From Phoronis australis (Eukaryota > Animalia > Phoronida), in the NCBI GenBank assembly GCA_002633005.1, contig NMRA01000348.1:235065-299064 (forward strand): 64,000 bases of DNA. The letters are read 5' to 3'. Shown here piece after piece: positions 58,468 to 64,000 of this stretch; positions within the stretch are counted from its first letter, which is position 1; every line of letters begins with the position of its first letter. The translations under genes were made by a program, and so were the position numbers. The notes below the pieces were generated by a model. That model searched no databases. It was not told where the DNA came from and saw nothing but the letters and a program-made list of their open reading frames with translations.

Positions 58468-61400
58468 CTGTAAGTACAAGAGATGACAAGACAACAATGA
58501 GTCATACTACACTGTAGTAGCAAGTTTACATTTTAAGTTAGTACTAAACTAGAAGCTAGACGGCTTTGATCTATCCTGGCCAATGATTGATCATAGAAAT
58601 GATGTCAAATAACTTAGCAATGAAGGCCTGGCCTGCCAACAATTACAAGGGTCCCATATGTGAGAGAAGGTTCATGTAATACTATACAGCTAACTTTTCA
58701 TGGCTTTATTGAATCGCCAAGTTTACCATCTCTTATTGAATTTGGTAACATTTCAGTTCCCACCTCATTTTGGCCATTCTGGGAAATACAGGTCGATTTG
58801 CACTTTTTATGATAAATATTTACGAACAGTCGTCATAAAACCAGCTGCTTTCATTAAAGTTTGTTTTGTGGATTAGAAAGACATGTTAGATGAAAATTTT
58901 CAAAACTAGAATCTCGTCTACTTTCAATTTCTAACATTCAAAACCAACAAAAAGTTAAAAAGGATTCAGTAACTTTAAAATATATCCACACAACATATAT
59001 TAATATAGCCTCAGTTCCTAGTAGTAACCTACATGTACTTTAATAAAAACAACCACGATTTTAAATCGACTTGATACAGTGTATGTTTTGGTGTCATTTA
59101 TTCAAACACCATCATCAGAAGAGAGAATATAGTGGCCACCTAGCTAGGCCCAGCAACAAGTGATGAAGCACAGATACAGTCAGTTACAGCCAGTAACCTA
59201 CATACCTGTATGTAAACGTTGACCTCATCACTTCTGCTCAGGTAGGGGAAGTTGCCGCCTGATTTCAGGTGAGCTCGTTTAGCCTCTGGGTAACACTTGT
59301 ACATCTCATCACGCACCTTCTGAGACAGGGCACACTCATCAAACACCTGAGGAGTAGACATGTCCACCATTTATCAGGGCTTGGAATTTTCCGCGGAAAC
59401 GCGAATTTCCGCTTTTTTCAAATGTTCTGTCAGCGCATTTTATTATATTTCCGCGTAAAAAAATCGGATTTGATATAAAATTTCCACGGCAAATTCCTTT
59501 CTTACCATGGCGTTGCAGACGACGTTCACCTCGAAAGCGGAAGTTGCTCTTTATTTTTCGGAGGAACGTAACTTGTCAACATTGCCGGGGCATCTGGGAT
59601 AGCGTGGTGGGATTTTCAATGGCGTCTCGTGTTATTGTAAACTGCAGCGACAAATACTACGGCTCTGCAGCCAAAATGTGTGGGTTGGGAGTGGACAGAC
59701 GAGCTAAAAGGACGCAGATGCATGCTACTGATGGTGGTAACGTTCTTTTTTAATCCTCCGGATTTTTGGCGAAAAATTCATATTGACTATTTCAAGGCTT
59801 GGTAGCGCGCATGTTTTGGGCTGTAAAAGTTTCCGCGTTTTTTGTCATTGGTCATTCCAAGCCCTGATTTATCAACGTTTACTTACACATACCTAAAGCC
59901 CCATGCTGTGCCCATTTTGCTGCTTTAGATTTTGTTGACGTAATTGTATAGTGCATTTTTTAAAGTCTGTCAGAGGTTTAACTTAGACTAGAATGTCTTT
60001 AAGAGGAAAAACAGACAGTATGCCAGCACAATTTCAAGATTTTTAATCATGGACATTAGCTCACGAAAACAAACAATACATGCAACTCATAAAACTGTAG
60101 TTTTTGAGATTTCTTCAAATGGAATTTATTACTGATACTGTACCTACCTTGTTGTGTTATGAATGTAACTTTCCTAAATATTACTGAGCAACAAAGGCAC
60201 ATGACCCAACAAATGGCAGACTGGTAAAATTTCAAAAACAAAAAGCTGTATCCTTTCAGAAACTATATTCTTTAGTTTTGTAAATATTGTTCTGAATGCA
60301 GCTGTCGATAACGTCCCACGTAACCGACAATGTGTTACTCATAGGTTAACCCTACTCAATACTCACATCAAGTAAAGTGACCATTATGTTTTGCAGCGAT
60401 ATCTTTTGTGGCTCAACGTACGACGTGGCGCAGTTTAATGTCAAGCGAGACGCTAGTTCTGACTGACCCAGGGAGTCGAGCTGGAAAAGAGATGTTCACA
60501 TCATTCAACAGAAATCACTGCGATTGAAGCCAGTCTTTTAAGAACAGTTGCCAACTGTCCCAGTTTAAGTGAGGCAATCCCACTTTTTGAATCTGCACCC
60601 ACGAGAGCAACATAATGCTGTGTTTTTTTGACATAAGAGACAATGTTATGTTAATGTGTGGTTGCATGATTATTTTCATGGTTATACGCACGGTTAACAT
60701 TTGTTTAACAGTGAGTCATTTCACATGTATGGCTAATAATACAAAAAGGTGGATAATATTAAGTGTCTGGATGTGGTGGCAAACATTACTCCCATGTGTT
60801 ATATCGGATCTGGATCTTCTCCTTGTTCACTTTGAGTGTTGGCAACTATGTTCAAACAGACCTATTCCATTCATGGCTGCAAATTACGCATTTCTTTACA
60901 GTTGTTTCATAAATCCGCTTTAGCTAAGTCATAATCCATAAAATGATCTTCCGAATAAAAACACCAGCCACTGTTACACCGTCATCGTGAAACATCATAA
61001 CACTTACTAGACAGGATTCTGGCACTGGATAAAGTGTAGGGGATTTTAATTACCAATTACACAAACTCCAAATTTGAAATTGCATTTCTTTTTCAATTTT
61101 CTCAAATGCCTTTGTTTGTTCCTGGACCATAGTAGTAACTCACTAATCAGTCCTTTCCACACAAATTTCCAGCTCAGTGATAATTTTCTGCATTTGTGTG
61201 TGTGGAGAGACCTGCAGCTTCCGTGAAGCAACTATCCTAGGAAGGTTCTGCCGCAGAGAGAACAAGGTGGAAGGAGCTAATGAAAGACTGCTGGGAGACC
61301 ACCGACTGTCATCTTTTATTTCTGTCATGTACAGAAGGGACTGTCACTGTCGAAGAGGACTGAGATGTGACCGAGGACATCTCACTGTATGAAGACTTGA

Positions 61401-63386
61401 CAGATGTCAAACATAATCGCAAAGTTCACAACTTTAAGTGTACACGCAAACATTCATAAATTTTTACAGCAAATTAAATGCTGGACTGTCTGTACATACC
61501 TTATCCACCATAAAATCTATGGAATCTGCAATGTGTTGGTCAACGAGTCCTTTATCAAAACTACCCATCACCATCTTCTTCAGGACGATAGAAGGCAGGG
61601 TCCAAAATCTAACAATGGTAATTAATACTTACTTGAAACAATTCCCATTAGTGTCGGAGTCGAATAAATGAGAGCATTCAATCTTGGCAGTATTCCAAGT
61701 TTTCAAACGTGATGAAGGCCAGTCTCTGAACGAATTTATTCCAAGGTCACTATGACCACTTGACAGCTGGGTGGCCATAGAATGATGGAAGAAACAACGC
61801 AAGGACCAGGATTGTCAAAATTGATTTTTTTTTTCGTTTCCAAGGTTTCTGCCATTGTCGTGAATGCCCACGTTGTTGCTAGCTATGGCATAAACCTTGA
61901 ATATGACAGACAATTATGTTGGTATGAACAGCCTACTTGTCAACCATACTACGTCCTAAATTGATATGTTACATAGTTACACATTCTGCTGGAAGTCAGT
62001 ATTTGTGGGTGGCAGTGACCTAAGAATAGGGTTTACGGGACTGCCAAACCATTGAGCACATGATTTGTAATCTTCACGAAGTAAACTTGTATGATTTCCA
62101 ATGTTTTCATGAAGTTTACTTATCAGTCGCAAAACGGATTAATGCACACCAATACAAACAACAATTTTCGATTTCAAAGTGTTTTACTAAAAAGCAACAT
62201 TATATATAAAAATCAGCTTGTCACATCTTTGTTTTTCATCTTTTGTTGTCAGCAAGATTGATTTTGACCCCTGCTACCTAACTGACAGCCCCACAAATCT
62301 CAAAATATTGTAAGTCTTGACCCATGCTGGCGTACTTATCAGAGTGTTATTAGGCTTGAAGACAGCAGAATGGAACACGGTGGATTCCGTTTCCCATTTT
62401 CTTAATGTAATCTAATTCCTCAGTATACTCATCTCCAAAATTTAATTCTTGACATCTCAACACGATTTCCAAGGCATATGATATCCCACAATGCAAAACC
62501 AAGTAAGCGCATTCACCATTGGTCAGTCCTTCATAAAGTAAGAGCAATTGACCAATCACGAAAGGGATATTCCATATGCAATTGCATGATACACGTCTGG
62601 TGCTCACAGTGTTCTCAACAGAAAATTCAAACTCAAATGGAATTACCAAGTTTATGTGGGGGTTTGAAAGTCCATGTCCAGACTGTGGAGAGTTTGTATG
62701 TTAAGTGTTGGAATAAATGCACTGAGCTGGTAATATAAGTAAAAAATGTCTTAACTAGTTTAAAAAATGACTTATCTCTAAAAACTTCAACTTTTTGCAT
62801 AGGATTTCTAACTTGACACAACTAAACCAAGCCTGTCATGATAAAATTCAAATTTGACGCAATGACGAGTCAAAACAGTTTGTGGAGAACACTGCTTACT
62901 GGTCGCATCTACCATTTTCGATCTGGTGCTTAGAAACACTGACAATTTTAAAAACGTTTTAACTTTCATTGATTTTTTGAAGAGAATTATATCCTAAAAA
63001 TCAAGATTTAATCGGCAACATAAAATCTGTACACAGCATATGGACACTTGGCAGCCCTACTTTGAATGATTTGGCTCAATGTACATGTATGACTTAAGCA
63101 TTGACCTCCAGCAGCAGTATTCAAGTGGCTAACACACTCAATAGTAAGCCTCCAGCCAACAAGCTTTTTCTACTCTGGGATAATCAGTTTTTCTCATCCA
63201 TAGGTAGGGGTCTAACCATTAGCAGCCTAGCTCAACTTACATTTGACACGACATTTCCTGTTTGAACACAGATGTGTCAATGAACGCATTACACAGGATC
63301 AGAGAGTGTATTCGAGGGGAGTTTGCCGTGTACTCTGCGAATACTTGCGCCAAGTAACCACCAAGTGAGGCTCCGAACAAATGGAT
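58387..63386 (-). CDS. SPG21: Maspardin (SPG21, alpha/beta-hydrolase fold), last five coding exons; 5' part lies beyond the window
   Basis: Exons 63386-63241, 61608-61500, 60480-60367, 59346-59206, 58467-58387; GT-AG with compatible phases; [64 protein letters not shown]. Confidence 0.93.
59206..59346 (-). CDS. SPG21: SPG21 exon
   Basis: [47 protein letters not shown]; ctcctcag / gtatgt. Confidence 0.93.
59375..59866. mobile_element. MITE with CAGGGCTTGGAAT TIRs in an SPG21 intron
   Basis: cagggcttggaat / attccaagccctg; ATTTAT repeated on both flanks. Confidence 0.75.
60367..60480 (-). CDS. SPG21: SPG21 exon
   Basis: [38 protein letters not shown]; ttttccag / gtgagt. Confidence 0.92.
61500..61608 (-). 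CDS. SPG21: SPG21 exon
   Basis: [36 protein letters not shown]; tgttag / gtatgt. Confidence 0.9.
63241..63386 (-). CDS. SPG21: SPG21 exon
   Basis: [43 protein letters not shown]; ttgctag / gtaagt. Confidence 0.92.
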
Positions 63387-64000
63387 CTAGCAAGAGAAGG
63401 GTACAGTGAATTTATACAGACGTTTAATTTTGAGTTTTCACGATCCAATCACGAATGTAAATCACTTCAAGGGATTTCATCTACGACGCTCTATGACGCT
63501 ACTGCCCTTTATCAAATGAATTGTGGGATGTTGGGTCACGACGTGCCAGAAGACTTCAAGACAACTAGAAGCCTGGGCTGTGTTCAGTAGTTGGTGTGAT
63601 CGCTTCACTTGTACTCTATGGCGTTTTCTCAAGAAGCCTTATGCAATCTTTCATTTTTGCGACTTTCATTTGTCTATGGAATGCCGACCTGTTTTAGGAG
63701 GTTATAAAAAATTTCATGCAAAAGATTTGCTAAAAATTTGTAGGTATTCACTTCATACATGTTGAGGCTCACTTTCCCTTTTTATTTTTTTGTTTGGCTG
63801 TTTAGTCCTATTAACACCAAAAGTAGTTGCGTTGGTCTCATGTTTTCAATTGTGATGAAGTTACAAGTGTTGTTTCCCATCACAATTTCATAAGGCACCA
63901 GTGCATGACAATGTTAAAAACGACTTCAGCGCCATTGATGAAATGAGCAACTTTACTCAACATGTATTTCACAAATTATTCCCTTTCAAACTAAATTGAT

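Overview
Eukaryotic, AT-rich, intron- and repeat-rich DNA from a metazoan, most likely a marine invertebrate (inference from gene content and repeat types). Exons were traced by hand from splice sites and reading-frame phase. (1) The 3' end of a thrombospondin type-1 (TSP1) repeat gene ('gene A', +, exons 1048-1218, 4750-4920, 5107-5141). (2) A complete 14-exon, ~831-aa secreted mosaic protein gene ('gene B', +, 10545-38762) with the architecture signal peptide-TSP1-PAN/Apple-C-type lectin-FA58C-TSP1-WSC-TSP1-WSC-TSP1; it is a tandem paralog of gene A and appears to carry decayed extra-domain exons in its introns. (3) A decayed partial 5' duplicate of iodotyrosine deiodinase (~41060-42250). 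(4) An intact five-coding-exon IYD gene (+, 50885-55536, 311 aa, N-terminal membrane anchor) with a candidate in-frame extra or alternative first exon. (5) The last five coding exons of maspardin/SPG21 (-, 58387-63386). Mobile DNA includes two LINE remnants of one family, three Helentron-type non-autonomous (HINE/DINE-like) elements, a 666-bp foldback element with an 8-bp TSD, a TTAA-flanked THAP-bearing Kolobok-like element, four CA..TG MITEs with 5-bp TSDs, Penelope-like 5' fragments, a degenerate hammerhead-like motif, and a ~1.16-kb-unit tandem array rich in YY1/NRF1-type motifs directly upstream of IYD. No database searches were run; family assignments come from recalled motifs.
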